From Haliotis rubra (Eukaryota), in NCBI RefSeq assembly GCF_003918875.1, contig NW_025764915.1, positions 682,001 to 746,000 on the forward strand: DNA of 64,000 nt, read 5' to 3'. Shown here piece after piece: positions 50,602 through 63,350 of the stretch (positions are counted from its first letter, which is position 1; every line of letters begins with the position of its first letter). The notes beneath the pieces were generated by a model, which saw nothing but the letters and a program-made list of their open reading frames with translations, did no database searches and had not been told where the DNA came from. The translations under genes were made by a program, and so were the position numbers.

Positions 50602-50780
50602 GACACGTGAAGATCCGGGTTAGAATTAGTCTTCTTCAATCCATTCCAGTCGTAAGAGGCATCTAACGGGATTGGGTGGTCAGGCTCTCAATCAGTATCA
50701 CACTTGCGTAGATCGATGCTCATGCTGTTGATCACCGGGTTGTCTGGTCCAGACTCGATTATTTACAGAACACCACATAA
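50602..50780 (+). mobile_element. Family B retroposon (internal deletion)
   Basis: GACACGTGAAGATCCGGGTTAGAATTAGTCTTC...GTCGTAAGAGGC...CCAGACTCGATTATTTACAG. Confidence 0.8.
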
Positions 50781-51465
50781 CATCAGTTTCCTCAACACTC
50801 AGCGGCTCCTGGCACGGGTAAGAACGACAACACCTAACTGTGACAGTTGCGACATTTATACGAATACCAATGTATATACATCATGGTTCGGTCATGCTGA
50901 CTCAGATCCAGTGTTCCAATGACTCATGATCATGCATGGCATGTTATTGATGCAATGAAAAAGAGTCGCAATACCGTTATGTTATACATGTGTTCTCAGT
51001 GAACTCATCCCGTAATATTATAGTAATTAAACATTCAGCTTAGCAAATTGAATAATCACTCATCTATGTATCTGACAACACAATTTATCTTGGTACAGTG
51101 AAACAAAGAAATATAAATATATTTGAGACATAAAATGTATCCGTGATCATTAGAAATCTCTCAGTGACTAAATTGGAGGTAAAAATTCCAAACCTGACTA
51201 AATAAAAATCATATGGTTATGAATCGATATTTAGTAGTGATGATGCCGGGTGTTCGCCGAAATGGCATCGTCACAAATACATGCAGGACAAGTCAAGTAT
51301 GTACGAAAAAACATTTGTACATGTCAGTTACAAATCTTTGATATTATTGTTGAAAAGAAATCTAAACATCCAAGACTCAAATAAGATTTTATCATTCTTA
51401 TCAAATTATCGAGGGGAGTGACTGATCTGGTCTCATGCCTCTGTTATGAACACAGATGATACGGT

Positions 51466-51607
51466 TAGCGGTCGAGTGGTTTAGTGGTAACATGACCGAG
51501 CGGGTCCGGGTTCGATACCTCAGATGGGTGTTCTGTTAAAGCCCTGTTAAGGTATCCCTTATGGCATTGCTGGAATAATGCAAAACCTCGAATAACCAGA
51601 CTCACTC
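51466..51607 (+). mobile_element. SINE family A-like, old copy
   Basis: TAGTGGT..CCGGGTTCGATACC..CATTGCTGGAATAATGC..ACTCACTC. Confidence 0.55.
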
Positions 51608-51724
51608 GGCTCGGGGACATCGTGTATTGGTTTTACACATTGAACAATCGAATCCGCCTGTTGAACAGGCTGACTTACTTGGCTAGGAAACTTGGTGGTT
51701 TTGGAAAATATATAACGTCAATAC

Positions 51725-52650
51725 CTAAGTTTAACCAGTCTCGATCATCCCACAAAAACGTTTTCATTGGTAGTAAAAGGCAAACATAACTGTGAAAACT
51801 ATATGAATGGATCAGTGCCATCAGAAATGACACCAGGTATTCGCCAAAAGGGTAAGCATTGTAGGTAAGTAGGCAGGGTAAGTAAATATAAAACGTCAGT
51901 GCAAAAGAATCACAAAAGGAATCTCTATCCACAGAAAAATGTTCCATTTTGTGAAAAGGACACGAATCACACGAAGTGATCACTCGGGATCAGTGATGAC
52001 ACCAGGTGTTCATGAAAAAGTGTCAGCATTGTAAGTAAGTAAGCAGGGTAGGTCATATGAATCATCAGTTTAACCAGTTTCGACTCTCCGCAGAAACAGG
52101 TTTTATTTTGTGAAAATACCACTCAAGATCAGTGATGACACCAGGTGTTCTTGTAAAGTGTCATCATTGTAAGTACGTAAGCACGGTAAATAAATATAAA
52201 GCGTCAGTTTAACCAGTTTTGACTATTCACAAAAACAGATTTCATTTTGTGAAAAGGGCACAAATCACACGAACACACCACTCAAGATCAGTGATGACAC
52301 CAGGTGTTGCGAATAGTGTCAGCATGGTAAGTAAGCAGGTTAAATAACATAAAACATCAGTTTAACCAGTTTCGACTGTGTACAGAAACCGGTCCTTTTT
52401 TAAAAAAAAGGCCACAAATCACACGAAAAGACCATATGATGACACCAGGTGTTGCGAATAGTGTCAACATTGTAAGTATGCAGGTTAAAGAATATAAAAC
52501 ATCAGTTTAACCAGTTTCGACTGTCTACAGTAACCAGTCCCACTTTGTGAAAAGGACATAAATCACACGAAAAGACCACTGAAAATCAGTAATGACACCA
52601 GGTGTTCCTGAAAAGGGTCAACGTGTCCTGCACTGCGGCAATGACACCTA
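51725..52650 (+). repeat. ~140-170-bp diverged tandem array (~6 units)
   Basis: TGACACCAGG recurs near 51828, 51997, 52136, 52295, 52440, 52593 with shared CAGTTTAACCAGTTTCGAC and TTTTGTGAAAA blocks. Confidence 0.9.
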
Positions 52651-53240
52651 CTACCCCGGAGATACTCATGGTGAATTTTGAGAAGCGGCACCAGGTAAAA
52701 AGTAATTGTCAAGCTCGTATATCACGTGGAATCCTCAAAGTAATCCAAGCCTAATCGATCGGTATATTACGCACATATATGAACGTCGAAACCAACAACG
52801 CACCATAGTACCAACTCCCAATACGTAGAAACAATCTAGCAGGGCACACGTGTAGTTATTCAGTAACCCAGCGTACATTTGTTGTCTATCACAGCACCAG
52901 GGTAAACACATAAGATGAGATTAGTGCTCGGGAAACAACTCCCCCGAGTATCCGACTACACTTCACCTTTGTGTGCCCCCAATCCTGCCAAATAGTCATC
53001 TCTATCATTCAATGTCCGTGCACACGCGCTAGTGATCGCCAGTTGAGCACAGCCAGATTCTGGAAACACGGGAAGATTCGTCTAGTGTAACATGTACGGA
53101 ATGTCATTTCTTCCAAGAGTTGCATATATGACATATATCACTGGTGTTGCCTCTAATTGTAAATTATTTTTTCCCTCTTTCCAAAGATTTTATGGAAAAA
53201 TGAGCATACTTTCTCTGTGTGGTACTATCATTACAGTCAA

Positions 53241-53376
53241 CGTATCCCAATTTCGTAGATCGATGCTCATGATGTCAATCACTGGATTGTCTGGTCAAGA
53301 CTCGATTATTTATAGCCGCCGTCATATAGCTGGACTATTGTTGAATGTGGCGTTAAACAATAAACAAACAAACAAA
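53241..53376 (+). mobile_element. Family B retroposon, 5'-truncated
   Basis: CGTAGATCGATGCTCATG...GCCGCCGTCATATAGCTGG...GGCGTTAAACAATAAACAAAC. Confidence 0.8.
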
Positions 53377-53553
53377 ACTTGTATTACAATCAGACTAATA
53401 TGATGAACAACGGCATATTGCCAGTAATTACATTTTTACCACACTTCTGGTCTTTTTGTAATCCAGTGAAGGCACCCTGGAGTCACTCACCCACCTCCTC
53501 ACATGTTAAATGGTTCGCCCCATGTCTAGATTGTTTATATACATGTAGTCATA

Positions 53554-53765
53554 GACCCGTGAAGATCTGGGTTAGAACTGGTTTTCAGCAACTCCATGCA
53601 AGAGGCGACTAACAGGATCAGCAGGACAGGTTCGCTGACTTGGTTGACATTGTATCTCAATTGCGTAGATAGATGATCATGCTGCTGATCACTGGATTGC
53701 CTGGTCCAGACTCGATTATTTACAGACCGCCGCCATACAGCTAACTAAACTAAACTCATTCACTC
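53554..53765 (+). mobile_element. Family B retroposon
   Basis: Starts GACCCGTGAAGATCTGGGTTAGAA; ends AACTAAACTCATTCACTC. Confidence 0.85.
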
Positions 53766-54170
53766 TTATAGTTATTATTTAGGATTATAATTAGTTGCCA
53801 TTGGGACTGCGTGAAATGAGCAGTCACATCTGAACTCAATCAATCACTGTGCAGGGGAGAGGACTCTGTTAAATAACATATGTCAAGTCCACTGTATTAT
53901 CATAACTGCATTATATTGATTATCAATGCGGACATGTGCAGTCACCTGCATGCACACATTATAAATGCACATGTTAACGTTCTGTTTAATGTATTGTCGC
54001 TGTCATACACAACTGGGACATATTGCTGAGGCATAAACGTTAACACATGAATATTTTACAACATTCCCTAATGTGTAACTACATAGTACAAATCAGTCGA
54101 TCAACAGACGAATCCAGTTGAATAATGTCATGAACGGTGGAACGTTTGTCAGCGTCCTTAGCCATTTTAT

Positions 54171-54407
54171 TTGTTTGTGTTTCTTTGCCGTTTAACGTCG
54201 TACTCAGCAATGTATGGCGGCGGTCGGTAAATAACCGAGTCTGGACCAGACAAACCAGTGATCAACAGCATGAGCATCAATCTACGCAGCTGGGATACGA
54301 TGACATGTGTCAACCAAGTCAGCGAGCTTGACCGCCCGGTTCCGTTGTACGCCTTTTATGAAAAGCATGGGTTGCTGAAGACCAATTCTAACCTGGATCG
54401 TCGCGGG
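54171..54407 (-). mobile_element. Family B retroposon
   Basis: Full-length reverse match. Confidence 0.85.
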
Positions 54408-55093
54408 AATTATCCATTATGAGCAGAACATGTGGAGATACATCTCTGTAACGAGACTTATAGAATACAGAGCGCCTGGAACTCCAAGGTTTCAACGGAT
54501 TCTTCATGGAAATGTTCAAATGGAGGACGGCATCTTAGACATCAGAAAACCAATTTATTTTCCAATTGTCTTGGTATATTGCAACTGTGCTTACTCCGCC
54601 CATCCGTCATGTGCTTGATGTGTACGCCATCAATCATTATCATTCTTGCAGAAGGTCATTTACAACGACGGGCCCGACAAGAGAAGAAGAACACGAACGA
54701 AGATTACTACAAGCTCCACTAGAGTTAATGTCCAATACGTCTGTACGTCATATACCAATGTGATACTTATGTCGAGAAAAACCGCACTGCAAGTGTTCCA
54801 AATTTCAGTCAAATTATCCCTGTAATGTCACATGTTCTACTGCATGTGACCTGTAGACCAATCTCATCTGAAGGCGAAAGTTATTTCCATAACGAATGCA
54901 TGATAATCTAATATATTACACGTTCTGTATTCACACAGGGTCCTAATTGAACTTGCTATCATTGAAATATGCAATTTGTAATATGCCCGTGCATTAATTA
55001 ATGTATCTGGGTGTTAATGCGTCAAATGTGTCTGGGTGTTAATTATAAATTTTGTCTGAGTGTTGATGGATGCAATTGGATATTACCGTGGAA

Positions 55094-55124
<31 letters not shown>

Positions 55125-55499
55125 TGATTTTGATATTTGAAGAAATGTGTCAAATAGTCATTTTGATTTTAATATTTGTTTATGTTTCCATGTTATGAAA
55201 GTTTTCCACATGAAAAATTGATGTTAGTATATGTGTGTGAACGTATTACGTCAATGTTCATGGTACCCGTTAGTATGAAAACTAGTATATTATTAAGATT
55301 GCATCAGTTTTAACATTTACTGTCGGGAATTCACATTTTTAGATTCGTTTATTAAAAAACTTAAGGAAAATGTTTGAGTCTATTTATTTTTCATTCCAGG
55401 GCGTCTTAGCATCCTTAATGATACAAATTTACACCACATTGCATAGACTGATTTATGATAAAGATATTAAGAGATATTATAAGGCATATTCTTATAAAC

Positions 55500-55730
55500 A
55501 TAGAAAAACAAAGACCAAGTCACAAAATCACTGAATAACATTATAACTGAAAATATACAGAAACTGTTAAACATACAACGCAAATATTCTACAACAAAAC
55601 AGTTGCTCACCAATATGTCCATCAGCCTCACAATAAAAGGAAAGCGATCTCTCACACATGTTCCTGTAAAGTACGTCCGTTTGACTATCCACATTCGCCG
55701 GCCATCTGACCATTTGGACACATCGCGTTT
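55500..55730 (-). pseudogene. Decayed CTL-like domain
   Basis: ORF 55467-55721: SKWSDGRRMW...GTCVRD...LVSNCFVVEYLRC. Confidence 0.35.
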
Positions 55731-57649
55731 CTACGAGCTCTCAAGCACAACTGTGGAACGAACCGCTATCTCGGAGTGCTGTTCTAGTGAACATTCATCT
55801 CTGCTGTGGTCGTTATCAGTTTCACCGATTGAACACCTGGCAGGGCCCTACCGACACCTCCCAGTGTTTACAAACAATACATATCTGTGTAGCGCGATGC
55901 GTTGTGAAGCTTGGATAGAGCTGTTGGTTAATTTGGTGTACACATGGTTTCGGACTGATCCAACCTTCCATGTACTTCCGCTTTCGGATTGACCGCGAAC
56001 AGAAGCCCTTTCAATAATGGTATTTTGCAGGAATATTGCTAAGGCGACGTAACACGTAACTCACTCATTCACTCACTTGTATTTTAAGACAAATATCTAT
56101 ACACTTTTTAAAAAACAACACAGTCATCGGTGTCATAAGAGATGAAATGCATTAGATTGCAATATGTTTATTGTTATTGAAAACATTTGTTTTGATCTAA
56201 AATATTGTTAAGACTAAAACTCCTGTTGGTTTCGTATGGGTCCATGTACCTTCAATACTCACAAGGCCAAACATAATGACCTTTTATAGTTACATTATAA
56301 GTGTGTATGCCAAATGACACGACATAAGGTATGCAGAGAAACATAATCAATAAATTTTGATCAGCTAGAGGATTCAGCAAAGTGTGGCCCCTCGTGCAGC
56401 AAGTTACACTCTGTTCAAATAACACTGTGTTCGATTTCTAAAGTAAACTGGAAAGTGAAAGTGATTTATTCCAGTCTAGCCTGAACTTGTTCCTTTAATT
56501 ACACAGACAATGTGACAGACACGGTGATCCAGCAAAGCAAGTAGAACAACGCTTGACCTGAATAGTCCTTTGAGGCAGACAGTTCTGACTTCTCCTTCTA
56601 GATGGATCATTGTGAAAATGAGTCGTTCAGGAAATGAGTGGACGTTTAAGATAAACCATGAAAAGGTCTTCAGCGATATTTGGTATAATTACAGAAAAGT
56701 GCGGGTAATTGTCTTGTTCTAAGTGAGAGCTAATTAAGACGTCTGTGACCACGGGACATTCTCACTATTATCTCTCAGAAAAAACTGAACATGGTATAAA
56801 ATCGCAAAAGAAGTAATATAAACTAATATGTTACCTCGCGTGATTTTGTAAGCTGTCCCTTTTGACATGTTGAAAGAGGGTTTACATATTCTGATTGATA
56901 GGGCTATTGTTTCCAAGAAAAGGGTTCAAATTACAACTATTTATTGACGTAAAGGTTTGATTAAAACGACAATACTCAGATGGGTAAGTTGAGGGATTTC
57001 CCAATACATTTTTTTAGATTTGAGGCTAAAATAGTCAGACAAGTATAGGAAGTAGGTATCCCCGGGAATATGGGATTCTGTTTGTACATCAGTTAAACGA
57101 CATGTTGCAAGTTAAGCTACAGTGGGAGATATATAGATGACCTCCTTGTTTTAACAGTACCACGATAAACGAGTATTTTCACCAAATATATCCCTATAAG
57201 ATGAAAATCACACAAACAACATAGGAATGGTGCATTAAGTTTCTTTATTCTAATGTCGACGTTTAAAAACTTATTACAATGATTACATAAACTGACCTAA
57301 AACAAAAATGTGAACTTCAATGGAAGTTGCATCGATGAAGTGTTTTTTTTAATGAATGATTTAAAAATTTGTTTACCTCTGTTTATAATTATTTCAATTA
57401 ATCTACAGTGAGTGACCTTAATTAGGAGTTTCTCTTAGGCACTAAGACACTAAGATATTGTAAGACCTGGAGAGAAGTTGCAATGACAAATGACTAACCT
57501 TGAAACGTTTCATGAAAGAACCGTGGGCCTAAAGGAAACGACAACGTTATTACAGCCAATATGCCATGCACTTTGCAATACGTCAAACAAAATATATTGC
57601 TGCCATCGAGTATTATTGGGTACATTATCAGCACTTCCCACATTTAACA

Positions 57650-58120
57650 GCTGCTTCATTAAAGAGTGCGTATAAACGTCAGATGTTTACCTACAAGCTT
57701 TGGCATTGGGACCTCTATAGAACTGTACTGGAACACATACGAAGAACATGTGTGTAGGCGGTTTGGTAAAACCGTCACTGAACCGCATATTTCTCAGCAA
57801 AATGAATGTTGGCTCAAATGATTTCAGTAGACAGAATCTATCCGTCCCTCAGCGGACAACAGCGGCAGATAAACATTCACATTCATATATTTGTCACGTG
57901 AAGAAAATGTCCATCCAAGCCACAAAATGCGACATATACTCTAGGAAAGTCAATGTAATTATAACCTTGTGCATTCGCCGTCTATATGGCCATCCACATG
58001 TGTCGTTGATGTTTGCTAAACTGGATGACTCCCTACGGGCCGAGACCAATCGGTTCTGTAAGGAACAGGCAGTTCATTGTCTTGAATTTCGTGAAAGGAT
58101 TATCGTCGGGAAGTACAACG
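57650..58120 (-). pseudogene. Possible decayed CTL + PAN-like gene
   Basis: EPIGLG...HMW...FCG; then LRMCSSTVL*RSQCQSL*VNI*RLYALF. Confidence 0.3.
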
Positions 58121-59380
58121 AGGCCTCTGTGAGCTTGTCTTTAAGAAGAGACATAAAACGTGTGCAAATAATGACTTTGTCTGAGAAAGTCGTAATACTG
58201 ATACTAGACCACTAGTACAAGGAACCGTCGGTGTTCAGACATTAATGCATGTATGTGTACATATAATGCGGAGTATTAACAGTGATCGTGCTTATGTCTG
58301 CATTGTCGTAAATTCAAACAATGATACGTGCTCCCTTGCTTTCAAAAATCAAAATAGTTTTACATTTCAATGACAATTTGTTTAATTTAAACTTGAGATC
58401 GAAGAAACATATATTCTTGTTGAACATTTATTCATGTTTATTCATGATTATCCTGACCAATAAAACCAACATATCCAAGATATCGACTTGTTGGTTTCCG
58501 GACACTTAAGAATAAGAACTTCATCCCAACACAAGCCACCACAGAATGTACAATGTCTGTGTGGCGCAAAACCCCTCTTAACACACCGAGTAAGCTATGA
58601 CGTCCGAAAACTTATGGTCCGACGACACATATCCAAAGTATGATCTAACTAACCTGTAAAAGGATTGTAGTGAAACGCTGCTTTTTGACATACAAATGTA
58701 TTTCAATTACAACCCTGAGCATCACGTTCATGTGGAGGGAAGAACAAAGGACATTTGCAACACATTTCTTTGAGCATACTTTTACCACTAAATACTTTGG
58801 ACAAATACTTAAATAAAGCCTGCAAACATAATACTTGTGTCAAGAATAGAATACCATCAAAATTCATTCTATTTTCCAACTATATCCTGTTGTCTCTGCC
58901 TCGCGTTCATGTGCCAAATTACACCCAAAGCAATTTGTTTTCAGACTGAAAGTAAGTCTTCTCGGTACATACCATACATTAAACGCCCTCTCCACCTGAC
59001 ACGTTGTCCTTCATAATGCCATCCTGGGTTCCCAACACACTTGTGTCACTATCACGAAGTCTCTATTAATTAACTGACAACGTATGCACGAGGCATACAT
59101 GTTATGCATGCATATTTGATAACCAATTGATGTTTGCATACACATCCCATGAGGAAACATTGAGTATAGCGTGGATGTTGAAGAGGAATGCTCTACGAAG
59201 ATACGAACATAATTATTCACAGACAAAGAATATCCTGAAGCCATCGATTTGTCGAGGATATTGTGTGACTACAAGATAACCAGAAAACATCCCAACATGT
59301 TTTCAGCGACTGAGATAGCTAGTTGCAGCCGATGAGAGATATAACAGCACATGTTTTCTTTAACACTTCAGTTTCAAGAG

Positions 59381-60971
59381 TCACTTGGGTGCAACACAAA
59401 ACACCCCTCGAAAGTACTGGCAGTTGTCCATGGTGTATCTTCTATATGGTTTGAAGATTGCATCTTCCTTAATGATGCAGCAGTACCCGTCATCATCAGG
59501 TCTCCTTTTGATGACGTCAGTCGTCATCATGTAACTCACACAACACCTCGAGTCGTAGATTGGGCAAAACTGGATGCAGTTTGACTTTGTTTGTGCGTTC
59601 AGCAACGTGTGATTGTAACGATAAGAATAAACTCGGATTTAGTTTGTGGTTAAAGCATGCCTACAATGAAAAATAAAGTATCAACTGTTCATATTTCCTT
59701 CCAAAGGAAACAAAATAACGCCTACTACACGGTATGTTCACGTTATCTTGATTTCAACATCCGTCTACATTGCTGATGTCCGTGTTTGTTTTATATGTAC
59801 ATGTCACAAGAGGTCGGATTTATTTTTCATTTTAACTTCTTCAGTTAGATATACCACGTGTTTGTTGATGCTGAAGAGTAATATCAGGTTTGTTTTCTAA
59901 ACGTTTCTGTAAATATTTATGAAGGTACACATTTCAAATATATGTTTATGTTCAATACGAACGAGTAAAGGTATACAAACGAGACATTTTAGCCACATAG
60001 AGGTGAGGTGAGGTAGCTCATTATTGAAGCGTTAAATCGTGGCGCATAAGACCTGAGTTCGATCCCCAAACGGGTAAAAGGCGTGTTATCTCATTTAAAT
60101 ATATTAACTAAACTGTATCTACTCAAAAGGATGAATAAGTGATCATAGTAAATATTTTTTTCAAAAGTAGATGTTTGCTTCCATTTAATAGTAAAGGAGT
60201 TAAATATGGTTTAACTCAAACATTTAATCATCTCCGTGTTTAGCTGGAGACCCGTTTAAGTTTCCTTTTGTATACGGCATTTTAGTGTTTCATTCAGTAG
60301 TATGGCTGGCAATGTGATAAAGTCTGCATATAGAAAACTCTCGTAAAACACTACCAACCGTTGACTTAACTTAACAAACAGCAAAATATGTTGTTCTCAC
60401 AAAAGAGAAACCACGAGTTGTCTTGAACGACAATCACTGCTGCAGCAGCAGACACATCCCTACTGCATCACGACGGGACCCTAGAACGCTACCCTGTTGA
60501 AGAAAATGCACTTGTATGCATTGCAATACCCTTGTACAGTATCATTCTTCGATAAGAACAAACTATTATGGATGAACAACGTCAGTCATCTGACTTCTAA
60601 ATATGTCAGTCAAAGGAGTACCATTCTTCATTCACTGAATCCAGTCATAGAACGAGTGCCATATAAATTGCTTAATAATTCCACTTTCCCTACAACAGAC
60701 GCAGGACATATTAACCATGTAACATGCAGTCCAAAATAAACATGGTGTATTTACTCATCCTCAACACTCAACTGGAACGTTACACACCAACACAGATACA
60801 TGTAGTCACAAGCTTAAGTAACATACACTCCCTTGTGTGTTGTCCATACCTACACTGGTTCCCTAACCAATATCTCTCGGTGCAAAGATGTTAGCGTTGC
60901 AGTTACCTTGGCGTCTGGGTTAAGTAGGAAAGCAGGAAGGACTAGTATGTGCATGTTTTGTTTATTTTAGG
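59381..60971 (-). pseudogene. Multi-exon secreted CTL/PAN-type pseudogene candidate
   Basis: Exon 60971-60907 (acceptor CCTCCTTCTAG, AAAAC-ATG MHILVLPAFLL.., donor GTAACT). Decayed CTL-like stretch ~60760-60440. Terminal exon 59660-59381 with strong acceptor TTTATTTTTCATTGTAG encoding 8-Cys NCIQFCPIYDSRCCVSYMM...GYCCII...CVAPK*, with an in-frame TAA at 59639-59641. Confidence 0.45.
60000..60080 (+). mobile_element. SINE family A head fragment, diverged
   Basis: GGTAGCTCA..AAGCGTT..AAGACCTGAGTTCGATCCCC. Confidence 0.55.
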
Positions 60972-61250
60972 CTAGAAGGAGGGCAAGGTTCACGTCAGTA
61001 ATCGGCTTGTTAACAGAGTAATGTTGTCATGTAATAGTATTGATCGTATACCTTGTCCTCTACTCCACAAATACATATCGATACTGATAAAGTTTGCAAT
61101 TCTCCTAACTAATTAAACATCTTCCGACTAGCTATGAGAAACTAGTGTGTATTTACACCACAAAGGAGATTAGCTAGCAGAACGTACACATTTCTTTGTT
61201 CAACGTCTCTCCTGGAACATGATATGTAGAAATGTAGAAATATATATACA

Positions 61251-61273
61251 TGCGCGCGTGCGTGCGTGCGTGC

Positions 61274-61334
<61 letters not shown>
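61251..61334. repeat. (GCGT)n(GT)n microsatellite
   Basis: Directly visible. Confidence 0.97.
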
Positions 61335-61340
<6 letters not shown>

Positions 61341-62899
61341 GACATGTGTATGTATCTTTCACTACAGCATAGTCATACTTTTATTTCACATTTACATTGT
61401 TTAAGGACTGTCGATAACTTCCACATACAATTTGCTGGATTGAATTCTCATTTGACGTTTCTGAACATTTTGTGCGATTAAATAGCAATAAGAAACCTAT
61501 TTTGTAATCATTCACCTCTGTAGCATCTTGTCTGATCATATAAAATGATTATATTCCTTGTTGACATTTTTGCGTAGGTTGGTTTCCACAGTAAATTAGT
61601 AAAATGTTCTACTTTCGCACACATAAAGCAATTATGTTATTTACTTAGATGGATTTTCCAAACAACTCGTGCGCAGCTGCGATATATATCTACAACAGCG
61701 TCTTAAATAACATCCCAGTCACTCTACAAAACACATCGGCACCACTGTCATATAACGTATCGTCGACTGGTGCTTGTACGCAAATCCCTCTAATAAATAT
61801 TTGAAACAAAACTGCGCCAAACCACAACATATTTCAGTTTGACTTTAAGACACCAACAGTAATTAAACACACCAGTGTAGGAATTTCATCATAATGGTTC
61901 ACTACTGAGTGAAAATTTTGACACTAACAAGGGCTTTATTTACAAGAAAAGTTAAAGAGAAAATTTGTAAGGAATTTTCCTCCTGCTGTGAACTCTCCAT
62001 GTCATATGGTTAGTGCCCTCTTAAATTATCTCCTTTAGGACGAAAACCACTGTGTAGGAATCAGTCTAGCTGTTCCACGGCTCAAATAGCTGAGGTATCA
62101 ATTATGTAATTAAATCCTGTTGCAACCCACTGCACGCCAAAAGAGAATGATGTGATAAAATACAAGCAACTTTGGTGCCTATCTTATCTTAATTGAAAAT
62201 CGGGCATCAGTCAAGAAGTGCTTAGCGATGGTTGCGAGAGTTAAATCAGGTTTGCTGTGTCATAAAGAAACTTAAAAGCACAGCTGTGCGATAGAGAAAC
62301 CTGTTGCATACTTGTACATATCTAAGGAAAGCATACAAGTCCATTTTGGAAACGAAGATCAACGGTTGGTTCATTGAAATATTAACATGCAGAAACTAAA
62401 CACATTTGTATTCCTTTAACAAGATATGTCTTATGCTATATGAGTTTGAGTACAATAAACAATGTTGTCAATTGGATAACGTGTCATTGCTCCAACTGTG
62501 TGGCATAGTGCCACGCGTGGGATATATACATGAATAGTATTGGAAATAATAGTAAACAGATACGTTATTACACGATTAATATTTTTTCTGGCAAAATTAA
62601 TTACCCATGTTTCCTTTTGATCTAAGTGCTACTATTACGGAATGAAACTGGTATAACGGGATGCAATCACTTAACCATGCTGACCTTTATGGATTTTTTT
62701 TCATTTTGAGAACAACTTAAAAGCTGGTTCTGATGTGGTTAACGGCGACACAATTACCTGCTTAATGTCGCGATTAGTGTTCGATAACTTGTAAAAATGT
62801 ATGAAATCTTGGGAGGTCTCTGGGATTCTTTGAGCCATCGGAACCTGTTGAACATAGTTGGTGGTAGGCGTATAATAAACTAGAAATAATATAAATACC

Positions 62900-63350
62900 T
62901 ACTACATCATAAGAAGAGTACGCTTTCAATTAAGTTAAGTGCAGGGCATTTAATCTTTGGATTTACACAAGTTCTTATATATCCCAAAGCCTTCATCGAG
63001 TACGTCTTTTCATCAAAGGTAGCACAGAACCGTTTCGTAGGCAATGGGGTGAAACAAAACAATTACAAATCACCATCCGATGCCAAGAAAGACACTGTAA
63101 ATCCAAAATAGTATCAAGTAGTCCATGATGTACAGGATGCAGAAGAGGGTACATCTTGTAGCTTGTTATTTGCATGGAAAACAATGGTGGACTGCCAGTG
63201 TGTATTCGTACCAACCCATCTGCCGTTACTGTCGGTTGCCTTAAGCCACCGGCGTCATAACATACATTTCTTCTCTACTAAACACTCTTCACTTGTTTAT
63301 GATGCTTTTCAACAGAGAAGAGTTCCCTGCTGATTGAATACGGAGGAGCA
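62900..63350 (-). pseudogene. Decayed CTL + PAN-like gene
   Basis: One frame with 5 stops: ICSSVFNQQGTL..TSEE..RRWLKATDSNGRW..SASCTSW..LASDGDL*LFCF..KIKCPAL. Confidence 0.35.

Noticed and set aside
54432-54722. Plus-strand two-exon gene ending EDYYKLH*
   Set aside because: No recognisable homology; the minus strand fits a decayed CTL remnant (VAIYQDNWKINWFSDV*D) at least as well.
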